Assembly (NCBI GenBank): GCA_002104905.1
Contig: MCFE01000399.1
Span: forward strand, 17,366-81,365
Reading direction: 5' to 3'
DNA: 64,000 bases
Origin: Basidiobolus meristosporus CBS 931.73
Lineage: Eukaryota > Fungi > Basidiobolomycota
The position numbers and the translations under genes are program-made. The notes beneath the pieces were generated by a model, which made no database searches, was not told where the DNA came from, and saw only the letters and a program-made list of their open reading frames with translations. Below, one piece after another: positions 42,418 through 56,356 of the stretch; the stretch's first letter is position 1, and every line of letters begins with the position of its first letter.

Positions 42418-42840
42418 ATGTTAAGGAAATACTTCCACCAAGCTAGAGCTCTACACAATAGGCTGGAGCCGCTGATACTCAGCACCTTGACCATTCAAGG
42501 CTCTGCTACCACACATGAATTGCGGTTGGCTTGCCGCACACCAGAGAGCGCAGATAATGCTGTTGACAAAGCCATCCTCTCACTTGAAAAGGAGGAATTG
42601 ATAGCTCGAGTGCAAGCCACCTCAGCTAAAAAGCCCTCAGATTACGTTGGTCCTGGTGGCTTGAGTGCTGAACAGGCAAGCACTATCTAATTCTAGTTCT
42701 TCACTCCAACTTATTCATTTTTATGCGAGTCTCTGTATGTAGATATTTAACAAAGTGCAGGAAGCCAGACGTCGTGATGAGGAGAGTAGCCTTCATAAAG
42801 GCACAGGACTTGACAAAGATATCAAGTGGAAGATTGTTTG
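42418..42840 (+). CDS. Small hypothetical protein with presequence-like N-terminus, possibly 2 exons
   Basis: ATG ORF MLRKYFHQARALH... divergent from RPL36, with a possible second exon ending ...DIKWKIV*. No family recognised. Confidence 0.35.
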
Positions 42841-43195
42841 AGAAACAAAAAGGGCTCACAGATAGGATATGGTGGTTTTTGCATCCCCGACACGCCTCGT
42901 TGTTTTCAAGCCTCTGACGGTAGGTGCCCCTTGGCTAGTTCAATCCACAATCGGTAGCAGCTGAATCTTTCGACAGCATTGCACAAGCATAGCAGAGGGG
43001 AAGTCCGAAAGGGAAAACAAAAGGAAATAAACCGTAATCTATGATTTTATTTGCCAGTGAGCTAGGGAGAATAAGTCGTGCTGACGACTCTGTTCACCTG
43101 ACGGGTGAAAATTAAAACTTCTTGCCATAGATGAGAATACTAATATGATTACAAGACAAAAGGGGGATGGACCATGACTTGGTTGTATACGACAC

Positions 43196-44679
43196 TTAAA
43201 ATCCGTTGTCAAATAGGTAATTGGCCGCTAGCTCCTCATTTTTATCGCAGGCAAAGTAGGCTTCGGTGGCGGTTTCACGGTCGAATCCTAGCGCAACCAG
43301 CTAATGGAGATACGTTAGTACTGCTTCAGGTGCAAAATGTTCGGCGGGACCTACCCTGTCTATAGCTTCTTTTTCTTGTTGTGAGATTTGAATGAATTGC
43401 ATATCTGATTCTTCGGGGTCATAGTCCTCATCATCATCCATATCATCGTTCTCTGCACTTAACAGTTGGAAAAAAGTTTCCTGGTTTTCGTTGATTAGTT
43501 GAAGGAGTTCGGGGTTGGCTTGTCCGAGTTGTTGTAATAAAGGCTGGAGTAACTCGGGATTTTGATGGACCAGTTGACGTAGTTGTTGAAACTGTGGCTG
43601 TCCAGTCAAGAACGAGATGTCAACATCATCGTCGTCATCTGGGTCTTCCATAGCAGCTGCTTGTTCAGCGGCTGCGGTGAAAAGATTCTGAGGCTGACCT
43701 ATAGATTAGGGAGAATGAATACCACGGTTAGTTTGATGCCGGCTTGGAGGTGAATTTCAGGAATGGTATTTACGAAGCATGGTAGCCGCGCTTTCCTGTG
43801 GCGTCTGTTCTGGAATACCCTAGAATAAGATGCATCAGTTTAACTGGAAAAATAAACCGTGTCCACAAGTCAAACGAACATTCATTAAATATTCTACTGC
43901 TCTATCGGGGTTGTTGAAACTAGCCCGCATGGCTTTTGTGATCTTCTCACGTTCGAATCCCATTTCCAGCATATGAGAGATAGCGGCTTCATACTCGGGA
44001 CCAGTAGCTGGGAACAGACAAGTATTAGTCCTAGCATCAGTGAAGAGAGAGTACGAGCGGTAATACCTAACTCATTCTCTATGTTGCTTTCGTTCTGGGT
44101 ATTGGAAGGTTTTGGGGCAGGTGTATCATCAGCATTTTCTTCAACTTGACGTTGCACGTTTCGGGTGGGCGCTTGTGGGGTTTGGATTGGAGCTGCTGGT
44201 GGAGCAGGTGTGTTCGGGACTTCAGTAGAGGTAACAGGTTGAGCCTTGGGCTATAAAAGGCAAGTTAATTATTTGCATTTAAAGGCTACATGGCGAATAG
44301 CAAAGTCGATACCTTTGATACCATGACAACCATGAAATCCCGCTCAGTGGCGTTGTATTCGGAAACTAAGTTTTCATCGACCAAAATCTTTCCTGAAATG
44401 ATTGAAAAGCCGGTAAGCTAGTGGACAGAAATTTTGGGGTGAAAAGCACAGGATGCCGAAATATATACCCGAGAAAATGAGTTTTTGTTGAGCAACAGGA
44501 AAGCCTTGACTTTGTTCAATCTTTTCTTTTAAAGTTGAGACCTGGTGTTCCCAAACCCAATGCGTGGTTAAGCTCATGGAGATTTTCTTCGTCATAAAGG
44601 AAGCAGTGCTTACCTTGTCGTGGAGATCTACTTCGATTTGGAATTGTTTCTGCTGTAAGGTTTTGATTGTGAGTTTCAT
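43196..44679 (-). CDS. RAD23: UV excision repair / ubiquitin shuttle protein Rad23, multi-exon
   Basis: [16 protein letters not shown]...QKLIFSG; UBA1 [24 protein letters not shown]; STI1 domain [11 protein letters not shown]; UBA2 [27 protein letters not shown]. Confidence 0.96.
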
Positions 44680-44950
44680 TATGTCCTTGTTGCTACTCCA
44701 GTAGGTTGAATTAGTGGATGTTGCTTAAGGTAGGATGCGTATATTCGTTCGATATCACGTGATCATGACCCCTCGGAATCTTACTCAGGACGACGCGTAT
44801 TAATTTTTTTATGTTTCGCGAATCCTTGATATTAGATTTTTTGTTAGAGCAACGGACGGCAGAGCGAGTAACACACCATTCAGAAGAGCTTGTATTTGTG
44901 ACAGCTGGCCGTATTTATTTGTAAAGAATGGTTGGACGACAGATGTTGAT

Positions 44951-47068
44951 TTACAATGGAGCGGTCTCTCGGATGAGCCAGTCATAAGCTAACTGGTTAT
45001 TTTTGAGGAGCGGTGCGATCTTCGAACGTGTGAGTGAATGATAATCATTCACCCACTTGATTTCTTCAGAATTGAGCAGGGATGTTTGAATCAACTTCCG
45101 CATCAGTGGGACGAAGGTAATGTGCTCGAAACCGAGATAACTGGAGTCCCCAAACCTATACGGAGTGTTCTCTTCACGAACCAGCAATATGTTTTCAATG
45201 CGGATGCCAAACTTCCCATCCTCATAATAGCCAGGTTCATTGGTTACAAGCATCCCATTGGAAAGGCCAACTTCATTGGCGCTTGCACGAGTCGCAATGC
45301 TTTGGGGACCCTCATGGACATTAAGGAACGATCCCACACCATGCCCAGTACCGTGGCGGAAATCAAGGCCTGCCTTCCAGAGGCTGCTCCTTGAAAATGC
45401 ATCAATTTGATAGCCTGTAGTACCTTTAGGGAATACTAGCGTATCAATAGCGATGTGCCCTTTGAGGACTCTAGTATAGCATTCCCGCTCATACTCAGTT
45501 GGGTTAGTAAAGTGAAGGGTACGGGTAACGTCGGTTGTGCCGTCACGATATTGAGCTCCAGAATCACACAGGTACATCTGATTTTTATCAATCATGGAAC
45601 AAGTGGCTTTTTCAGGCTTGTAGTGAATGATCGCCCCGTTGGGTCCTGTGGATGAAATGGTGTCGAAACTGATGTCAAAGAAATTCTCTTGCTCTCTTCT
45701 GTATTGTTCGAGTTTGTCAGCTCCATCAGCCTCACTTATATTGCTGTTACCCTGGTTAACCAATTCATCCTCCAGCCAAGCAAAATAGCTAACCAGAGCA
45801 GCAGCATCTCTCAGATGGCATTGTCTCATGCCTGCAAGCTCAGTCTCATTCTTTATACTCTTAGCATCACCTATTGGAGAGCGCAGCTCATGCGCGCGCT
45901 CAGCTCCAATGGTGTCGTACAGAGCAAAGCTAGCCTTATTAGATATAAGGAATTTCTAATAAAATTAAAGAGTTAACTTACGATCAGCGAAACTTGTAAA
46001 TATTTCTACTTACCTTTTGGTTGACTTCTGCCTGTATGGAGGCTTTCTTCAACTCTTCCCAGATGGCATCATAGGGACGAGTCTTGACATTCATCCCCAA
46101 GTGTGACTTTACCTGTAGAACAAATGTTAATGGATGGGACGTATTAGTGTTCTAAGAAGCGTTCTACGAACCTCCTCAGTGAGTTTCTCCTCACTAACAT
46201 AGAGGGTTGCTTCATTACCTGTGACCAATGCATAAGAAAAAAAGACAGGGTTGCATTGAATATCGCTACCACGCAAGTTGAAAAGCCACGCAATCTCATC
46301 CAGAGTAGATACTATGAATCCATAAGCGTTGTATTTTCGTAATTCTTCTCGAAGCTGGAGAAGTTTATCATCCACTGAACGACCGGCATACCGCATCGGG
46401 TGAGGAAAGATTTTGTTTGCGGGTAGGCTGGGTCGATCCTTCCATATCTTATCAATTAAATTATCCTTGACAGTCACTAGAGCGGAATTAACGCTGGTCA
46501 ATCTTTCTTGAAGTTTTCTCGCTACAGGAGCGGTAATAAGCTTTGGGTCTATTCCAATCCGGGACCCAGCTGGAAGGTTATTGGTGACATACTCCTGCCA
46601 GGTTGGGACATTAGGGAGCCCTTGTTTCATAAGAGTCCAATTGCTGTCAAGTTGCTGCGATGCTTGAATGAAGTAGCGACCGTCAGTAAAGAGCGCTGCG
46701 GCGTTATTGGAGACAACAGCACAGCCAGCAGACCCAGTAAAGCCAGATATATACGGTCTACGATTATCACATTCCGCGGTGTACTCACTTTGATGAGCAT
46801 CTTCACTAGGAATCACATATGCCTGGAGATTGTACTCTTCCTTAGCCATTAGCGCTCTGAGCGCAATCAGTCGCTCGGTGGTATTAATGGAGGATACATG
46901 GATAGAATATGGACGTTCGAAACGCGATGCTATGCAATGTTTTTCTGCTAGCGAATTGGCAGTTTTGTACTTGTAATAAAATTGGCTATTAGAGGTGGAG
47001 GTAGATACACCTTTAACACCACGCGCAGTAGAGAGGTTGGGGAAACAACTCTTTAGTAGGAATCGCAT
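44951..47068 (-). CDS. XPNPEP1: Xaa-Pro aminopeptidase P (M24B), multi-exon
   Basis: [102 protein letters not shown]. Confidence 0.95.
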
Positions 47069-47874
47069 GATTGATCAAACAGTGGTGTTATTTGAAGGAG
47101 AAACCTAATCAATCCTCTTGAGATGTAAAATTTCTGACTTGACAATACAATTTCAACATTACACGCACTAACCAATGAGAATGTGGAAGCTGAATGAATT
47201 GGGTGCATTGTCAATCTACAACTCTCTACACCATCTTCCTCATTTCATGCTATATAGTTCTAAAAATAGAAAGGGAAAGGCTATAATTTATATTGTAACT
47301 TGGTAACTTGTTTCTTGCGTTTTGATCTAGAAGCCATACAAACGAATGGATCAACGATATGAGTAGTTCACAATATCAACTTTATTTGCATACAAACACA
47401 CCATGGCTACCGAAAATATCCAAGTACTTGAATAAGTTTAGTATTTATTCGTGAATCAATGAATGCCTTGAATTATTTCATGATTCTTTGAAATCAGCGG
47501 TTCAGGAATGATCATATAAATATTTTATACATTACCGCAGTTGCACCTGAACTATTGTTTTCGGTTATCGTTTACCTTGCACCCAGTAATGAGGAAGAAA
47601 ATAAAAGCGGCCTCGGGGAAACTCTTTGGTAATATAAATGTATACGTTAGTACTTGGCTAGAGAGAAAAGAATATGAAGAGGTATTATATACATTCATAT
47701 ATCATTATTCGGCAAGAATTCTACCTTGTTTTGACTGTTTTCTTCATATTTCTCATGAGTATAGATTGTGAAAGTGCTAGTGGAACACGGGGCGTTCCTG
47801 ATCAAAGAAAAAAAAGATCAGGATAACCTTTATATTATTACTAGAGAAATCAGTGATACTTTCAACTTGGTGCA

Positions 47875-50758
47875 ATGCACGGCTGTCACGGTACGCCTCG
47901 GATAACACTTGTCATCTTATTCAATACTACATGCTAACGGAAAGCTAATTTAGCCGAACTGGGTGTATCAAACTATTTTTGCAGCCAGTTTACAAAGGTC
48001 TATCCTTCACTTTACCTCCCCATTGAATAGGAATTAATATCAAAACAGCGAGGAATCATTTTCGCCAGATCCCTTCCAAGTATTTTCGGGAATCGTTATA
48101 GCGTCGGCCAATGTAGGGAATCTTGAGATATACTGTGTCCCTAGAGAAATTAATATTTCTTTATTAGCTACCAGAATTCGATCAAGATACGTTGTTTGCG
48201 GGAGTAGAGGCGCTAGGCGGTCAATGGAGAGCCGATTACAACGAAGAAGTCACGCATCTCGTTTCAGCCTGCTCAAAAGGGGTATGTTGGAAGTGATGAA
48301 TGGACTTTAGTACCACTTGGCTTATTTTTAATCGCTTGGGTGATATTTAACAAGGTGGTGTATGAGAAAGCAATCCTCAACAACCGCTGCAAAGTAGTCA
48401 TCCCACACTGGGCGGACGATAGTTTGAAGCTTCGACGGAAATTGCCAGAGGTAGTTGATACTTATTTATTTACTTTTCACACAATTTATTCATCCTTTCC
48501 TTTTAGCAAATTTACCAATATCCTGACCCTTCTATATACAAACTTTTTCTTGATCAAGAAGAGGCAAATGTCTATTCAGCCCCACTGCAAACTCATCACA
48601 TTCCCGAATTCTTTCCTGAAAATCAAGAAGTCCCCCCGCCTGATTCGAAGTTCTTAGAAGGACACACATTTTTACTTGTGGACGATTTGGCGTTGCTTCC
48701 TGAAATGAATCAATTATTACATGAAAGGCTCAAGCAAGCGGGCGCCCGGATAGCAACTAGTTATTCAAAGAACACAAGTTGTGTTGTGTGCAAATATCGG
48801 TTAGGCAATACATATATTCGGGTTAGTGTATACATTTCTGGCCAACTTGATATTTAATATTAATTGTTTGATAGGCATCCAATGATCACAAAATTGTTGG
48901 GAATCTTACTTGGTTGTTTTATATTTTGAATACGGGCAAGATCAGTAATCCTATGAGATTTTTGCTCCATTACCCTTTACCGAAGGGGGGGATCCCTCAG
49001 TTCCAGACATATGTAAGTCAAAGGAGGTTTGGCTACTCAGAAGGTGGTTGTAGTATTAACCATCATAATTATCAGACAATTACTTTGACGAACTATATTG
49101 GAAATGCTCGCGAATACCTAAAAAGATTGATTATTGCTATGGGAGCCACCTATACAGGCCATATGGCATCAGGTCACTCGCATTTGATCTGTGGAAGGTA
49201 GGGAGTTGATTTATCGACTTGCTTTACGAAACATACTCATGATTCCCGATGAAGCCTTGGCGGAGAAAAATGCCGTAAAGCAAACGAATGGAATGTCAAC
49301 ATTGTGAATCATATGTGGCTAGAGGACTGTTTCCGTTCTTGGACTTTACATAGTATCACGAAGCACCAGTACATCTATTTTCCGAACGGCGTCAATTTGA
49401 CTGATGTGATAGGACAGTGCACGCAGCTCACTAGGAATGTAACCGAGTGGTATATAAATACTGAACACAACCTCAATCTTACACATGATACACCTACAAA
49501 GAGTGTAGAAAAAATCACTAATGCAATCACAAGAGAGCATTCAAGTAATAGCAACTTAGATTTTGAAACGAATCCATTCATGAAAACATCCTTTGCTGAC
49601 AAATCAAATAGACCAGTAACCATAAAAAAAACTAAACAAATTCAACTCGGCTCGAAGATCAAGAGCGAAGGCACAAAGAGCCTAGGGGAAAACGACAAAG
49701 AGCTAATTGTGCAGGATCAAGGCTCGGAGCCTCTAAATCCTGAGAAGAGTGCTGAGGAATTAGAAGTGATTGACGAGCAGGTGAATGACAAGTAGGCCTA
49801 TATTATCTCTATTTTCTGAAGTCCAATCTTTGGCTGAATACGTCCGCTACTCCAGATCGACATCACGTACGTTTAAAAAGCAAAAAAAAGGATCTACTGC
49901 CAAACAAAACAGTGCTGAGTCTACAACCTCCAAGACACTAGCAAAACCCATCCGGATTTTAAGTACTGGAGTTAAATTGACAGAAAAGGAAATTAAGGTA
50001 CTACTTGACTGTAGTTACCTATCCGGACTTTGGAAAGTTGACCATCTTGCATTGAAAAAAGGGGATTAAAGGGCTGGGTGCCAAGATCGCCAATTCTCCT
50101 AAAGATTGTACACATCTTATAGCTAACCAAGCTACCCGAACCGAAAAATTCCTCTCCGCAATCTCAGTAGCCGAATATATTCTAACTCGCGATTGGATTA
50201 TCCAAAGTCTAAAGGTTCACGCTTTTCTGGGTAGGGTATTTTGTTTAGCGTTGTTGGTGATCCGGTCTGGTAAATAACCAGTTTACATACAGACGAAGAG
50301 GAATTTCAATTGAAGGATGATGTAGCAGAAAAAAACTACCACTTCTCCCTGAAGGAATCTCTATTGCGAGCCAAAAAAAGGAAACTCCTGGACAAAATGA
50401 CCATTTACATCACACCGAACACTCAGCCAAAATCCAACACCATGAAAAGTTTGATAGAATGTGCTGGGGGGAAGGTAGGGATCACTTCAACCGCCATTCC
50501 CACATCTTCCAATCTGAAATTTCTCATCTAAATTAGTTGGTCACTACTTTCCCACGTAAACGCCAACGCTCCAATACCAGTGCAAGCCCCAGTTCATCCA
50601 TCAATTCGACTGATTTAGTTGTCATCTCTTGCGATGAAGACTGTTTATTGTGGGAAACTATACCTGAAAACATACCACTCTTCACATCAGAGTTTATCCT
50701 TACAGGACTACTGAAACAGGAACTTAACTGGGGGTCCGAATTCAGTTTAAGAGAATGA
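47875..50758 (+). CDS. RTT107: Multi-BRCT DNA damage scaffold, Rtt107/Brc1-like (start approximate), multi-exon
   Basis: Repeated BRCT motifs: EALGGQWRADYNEEVTHLV, PHWADDS, LLHYPLPKGGIP, TLTNYIGNAREYLKRLIIAMGATYT, VNHMWLEDCFRSW, CTHLIA..RTEKFL, LIECAGGKV, SEFILTGLLKQE. Confidence 0.72.
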
Positions 50759-50879
50759 ATCGGCACCACTGTCTCGAACATAGTTGGACTCGTCAACATA
50801 GGGAACAATCCATTCATTACACAATGCTATTCACTCAATAAACATAGAAATATACAACTCATTCTAACAAATCAAGATG

Positions 50880-51710
50880 TTACCAGTCAATGTGGGCCAA
50901 GATGACAAATCCAAAGCCAGCATTGTCGGTGATTAGTTGGATGCCAAGGGCCTCGAGAGCCTTTTCCAGCAATTTCCCCAACTAGCAGTACCTGCCTTGT
51001 GATAAAATTGTATTGAAAGACAATTGGTGTAAATGCAGACAACACACTTGGGCAAAGATACATATTTGTTGCTCTAAGACATCCCAAAACAAGGACATGA
51101 TGGATACAGATGCATTTGAAACACCTTCGCCGTGGAAGGTATATTTATATCCATACAGTACACAAACCGATGATTGGCTGCATAAGTCGAAGATCAACGT
51201 CAACACCGCCAGTGCCCAATCCGTTCATGAAAAGCTTGAAGTTCACCAGTGATCCTTGCCTGAGGCCAATTCCGTATATACAGCGTTCTTAGCTTATTAC
51301 ATTCACCATAGGCCAACTGAAACCAACTGCCGAGTTTGTCGATGTTTCTTAATTCCAACTAGTTTTCATATCTTTGCCAGGTATCAGCCCATGACGTTGA
51401 ACCAGCTAATTTCAGCCACTGCTGAGGTACCACCGAGATTTCCTATTATCCAAGATAGAAACAGGGTTTAATCGGGGAGGATGGAGGAGGCAGTGGCCAT
51501 GAAAAGTGCAGATTTCCGAATCCGCCAACGATCGTCTAATTCAACCTCGTATCGATGATATTCCTAGCGAAAAATCGAAACTCCGAAATGATCGTGGATG
51601 CGATGCCCATGATTCCAATTAGTTTTCATCGGTCATGAGGTGCATTGCATACCAGAAGTAGACTCAGCGTGCTTTGACGTGAGAAAGTTCCTCAATAGGG
51701 AGGATTCATA
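50880..51710 (-). CDS. Probable unannotated multi-exon gene of unknown function (5' extent uncertain)
   Basis: A chain of short minus-strand open segments with GT/AG ends, e.g. YESSLLRNFLTSKH, LELRNIDKLGSWFQLAY, GIGLRQGSLVNFKLFMNGLG, and terminal GKLLEKALEALGIQLITDNAGFGFVILAHIDW*. A complete in-frame model was not verified. Confidence 0.3.
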
Positions 51711-52811
51711 CGCTATCTGGTAAGAGGTTGCAAGGGTCATTCAAGTTAACAGCAGCATCACGCGCAGAGCCGCTCATACCTTCTCACAAATGAGACCAGT
51801 TCAATATCCACACACCCGGTCCTACCCGCTACCCCTTTCAACGAGTCATGGTGGACAGGATTGCTGTTTATATTCATAAGACTATTGCATGAACTATACA
51901 TCATTCTATGATTCATTCATTTGTTATATTCCAAAGATTCAAATAATTGTGTCTTAGAATCACATGACAGCTGGTTGATCAATAGATCACTCTCTGAATA
52001 CACAGCAGTTACGGCAATGACGCAAACCCCCTCTACGCCTCCAGACAATCCCCTGAGTTAGATACACCATTAGCGGTTCAATTGAAGGTGCCTTGCTGCA
52101 TAATTTGGAATGCCCTTGCCCGCCTTCTCTTCCTCGTGATGGCCGGTTCACGTGTATCCCAGCAAAGCAATTTGCCCAGTTGAGGTTTCCCTCGTTGATG
52201 TGTAGTCCTGTGTAATGAATCATCAGGTGCATAAACGTCGTCGTGGCCCAAATATAGAAATGCACCTAATATTAAGTCTAACATTACTCTTTAATTTTCT
52301 CACCCTCATGAACAGTCACACTCGTATGACATCCCACACAAATACGCACTTGACCTTCTTCGGCTCAAACCAAACCCACGACCTTAATCTATTTTCTGCA
52401 TTTGCCCGATTTCTTCCTACCCACTTTCCTCATGCTGATAATGAGACATTGAAATCCCCGAGGATGTGGCAGGCGCGAGGTATGGGCTATTCCTCGAACA
52501 CCGCTTGTCCGATCCCAGGCATTCCGGAATGGTATAGCTTATTGGGTTTCACTTGCGCAATTGAATAAATAGCTTGTGTCGGCCTTACCATGAGCAGCAA
52601 ATTCGATTCCATTTTCCCTATCGCACTCCTTGAACTTTTTCCTACGCCGATCCTTTTACAACCTCCTCCCGCTGATATTCACCGCTGCCTCGATCAGAGC
52701 CCCACTACCCACAATCTCCCACTGCACATTGGAAAGACCTGAAACCGTACGCTTGCGCTTCCTGAACGAGGATTTGTCTTTTACTGTGCTACCTGAACTG
52801 TCAATACCGAA

Positions 52812-55292
52812 ATGTTTCGCCAAAGGTAAGCTTGGATCATGGTTCAATGAAGACCTTTTTAACAGGGGGATCCTAGAAATATCTTTGCGGCCAGCCAGCA
52901 TATGAATCTGTTAAGTGCCTTGCCAGTAAGCATCACTATATGACCTCCAAGAGAATGCTCTCCACTCACTACCATTTTGATCGCATCGCAGTCTGGCATG
53001 GTTCAACCGCGCCGGTTGCCTCATTCGAAGCTACTACGCACTTACTATACTGGTGGTAATCAAAAGCTCAAGGATTGGGTGTCAAAGCACCAGAAAATAT
53101 TGAAGCCGTCCAATGTCCATTGGGTTGACGGCTCCGAACAAGAGTACAAACGATTGGTCGATTCAATGGTAAAGCGTGGCGTGATGATACCGCTGAATCC
53201 ATCGAAGCGGCCGAATTCGTATCTGACCCGAACGGACCCAGCCGACGTTGCTAGAGCGGAGAGCTCCACCTTCATTTGCTCGAAGAGCCCCGAGGATGCA
53301 GGGTACGTACAGCCTTTGCTGACATGTGATATCGACGCATTCGATGTTTGAGATTTATATCATGACCATTCAAGGCCTACCAACAATTGGGTGGATCCCG
53401 AGGAAATGCGAGCGAAGTTGGCGAAAAATTTCGATGGTTGCATGGAAGGTAGCTGTCATGGTCAAGTTCGATCGATCGATCGGGAGCACTGACATCTTTT
53501 CTACTGATGCAATTTCAAGGACGCACGATGTATGTGATTCCTTTCAGTATGGGCCCCATCGGATCCCCCCTAGCCAGGATAGGTGTGCAACTCACAGATT
53601 CACCATTCGTTGTTGCGAACATGAAGATCATGACCCGCATGGGTAGCAAAGTCCTGGAACAGCTTGGCGATCACGGTGAATTCGTTCCGTGCATCCATTC
53701 AGTTGGATGTCCGCTGCCAAACGGAAAGGAAGATTCGCTTTGGCCTTGCAACATTCCAGAACGTAAAGTGGTCCACTTCCCCGAAACCCGAGAGATTTGG
53801 AGTTTCGGCTCAGGGTAAGCCTGGCATATATCTGTGCAAAGAAAAGAAGTGGATTTCTCACCCCTTTTTTAGTTACGGTGGAAACTCGCTTCTCGGAAAG
53901 AAGTGCCTTGCACTGCGCATAGCCTCCGTCATGTCAAGGGACGAAGGAACACTGGCAGAGCATATGCTCATCTTGGGGCTGACAAGTCCAGAGGGAAAGA
54001 AATACTACGTAGCAGCAGCGTTCCCAAGGTATTACCCAACCACACCATGGTTTTCTTATCCTGGGCTAACCCCTTCTGCTGCACAGCGCATGCGGAAAAA
54101 CTAACCTGGCCATGATGGAGCCAGCCCTACCTGGATGGAAGATAGAGACAGTCGGCGATGACATCGCGTGGATGAAAATCAACAAGAAAGATTCCCGATT
54201 GTACGCGATCAATCCTGAAGCAGGGTTTTTCGGAGTAGCCCCTGGCACTTCGGATTCTACTAACCCTAATGCAATGGAGACGATCCGTAGCGATACTATC
54301 TTCACCAATGTAGCACTGACAGAGGACGGAGATGTCTGGTGGGAAGGCATGAGCAAGCAACCCCCAGCCGGGAAAATCGTTGATTGGCGTGGCGTGGAGT
54401 GGGAGAAAAGCGCAACAGAGCCAGTACGCAAAACCCCGCTGGCACACTCGAACTCGCGCTTCACGGCATCCATATCCAAATGTCCAGTCAAAGACCCTCG
54501 GTGGGAAGATCCCAATGGTGTACCCATTTCAGCGATAATCTTCGGAGGCAGACGAGAGCATACGATTCCCTTGGTATTCCAGGCATTAAACTGGAACCAC
54601 GGGGTTCTGCTTGGAGCAAGCGTGGCCAGCGAAAAGACTGCTGCTGCCGAAGGGACTGACATTGGGTTAGTGAGGCACGACCCGTTCGCGATGCTACCTT
54701 TCTGTGGCTACAATATGGGCGATTATTTCAAGTAGGTACAAACAATCTATCACGTCGATACGTACCTTATTGAACAAGTCTGCACTCTCTATAGACACTG
54801 GATATCTCTGAACCAGGCAGCCCCAGACCCGTCAAAGCTTCCGGCGATATTCCATGTAAACTGGTTCCGTAAAGGCGCCGACGGTAAATTCCTTTGGCCA
54901 GGATTCGGTGACAATTCACGGTAATGCAGAATAGTTTGTAACATACATATGTATCCGAACCTAACCTGTTTATGTACAGCGTTTTAAAATGGATCGTAGA
55001 GCGCATCGAGAATCCGGATTCTGAGGCTCAGTTGACCCCAATTGGGTATCTCCCGAAAGCCGACTCCTTAGATCTGTCCGGGATTGAGAAGCTGGCCACC
55101 CCCGCGGTCATGTCAGAGCTTCTCAACGTCAACCGAGAGGCATTTGCCAATCAAGTGCAGGAAAATAGAGAATACTTCTCGCTCTTTGGTGAGCATTTCC
55201 CTAAGGAATTGAAGGATGAGCTAGACAAGATGGAGGTGCGACTCAAGGCTGAACAGTTTGTTGAGCGACGCAGCAAAGAGGCAGCAGTTTAG
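52812..55292 (+). CDS. PCK2: Phosphoenolpyruvate carboxykinase, GTP-dependent, multi-exon, probable mitochondrial presequence
   Basis: [112 protein letters not shown] 14-nt first exon (52812-52825) splices in frame via intron 52826-52951 (inferred). Confidence 0.92.
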
Positions 55293-56356
55293 ACGCGCCA
55301 GACAATATGCCCCTATCATAGCCCCTAGTAAATTTACTCGAATGACTTTTCTGATTGCTTGATGTGTTTTCGTTTTTGTGTATTCTACAAGGCAACTCGC
55401 CTGCTCGATATATTTCCTCTGTCCTCATTGAACTCTTTTAACTAGTCCTATATGCGTGGATGTGAATGACCCTATAAGCCTATCGTTGTTTTCCAATTTT
55501 ATGTAAGTAAACATTGTTGTAGTGATGTATACCTGAGCCGACGGATAATATTCCTTCAATTTGGTCAAGATTGTTAATATCGTTTCCTCTGCTCATGGCA
55601 CCTATCTGCTCTCCTAGTCCATGATGCCAGATCAAAATCATTTTCTCGCGTGGTAGACCCTGGAGCGTTGGTGGAACAGTGATAACCTTTGTGGAACAAT
55701 GGTCAGTGCCGTATGCTGTATTCCATTTGTCAGCGAATGATCTACTACCACTACAACCAATTTTCATCATGGCTAGATGCCCTTGCTTGATATTTCCACA
55801 TCTGGATTAATTGTGGTCTTGGCTCCCCTGCGGTCACTAGCGAATTTCGCGAATGCCGCACATAGCCAAGTCCCTGTCACAGCTGAATAGAAAAGTGGGC
55901 CATTTTCGTCCCCACCACTTCTGATTGGATGTCGGTAAATAGCATTGACTCACCTGATGGACAAATATCGTTTCCTGGGCTTCATCCCGATGCAAAAGCT
56001 TATTAGGCGCTTCAGTAATTGCTGCAGAATCGCCACCGGTCGCTTGGGCGTTTATCTGGAATTGGTTAATGGAGTGCTTTCGTCAGTATCCACGAGCTAT
56101 TTCGATTACCAGGTATTGTAGGAGGCCAACATAATAGTCTAATAGGAACTTGTCTGACCGATGTACTTGTGCCAATCTAAATAGTTGTAACGTGTCTCAA
56201 CATAAACCAGCCGCATGGAAATTTCCATGTCCTCGGTTGTCAATGCTAAAATGACACTACACCATCATGTCAGTTGACAGTTGCTATGAGCACCGATGAT
56301 CACAGGAGCAGGTGCAAATCCTATAAATGCGCTTGGGTTTGGTTTCTTAGGACAAT

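Noticed and set aside
44755-44762. TCACGTGA E-box upstream of RAD23
   Set aside because: A single 8-mer; function cannot be supported from sequence alone.
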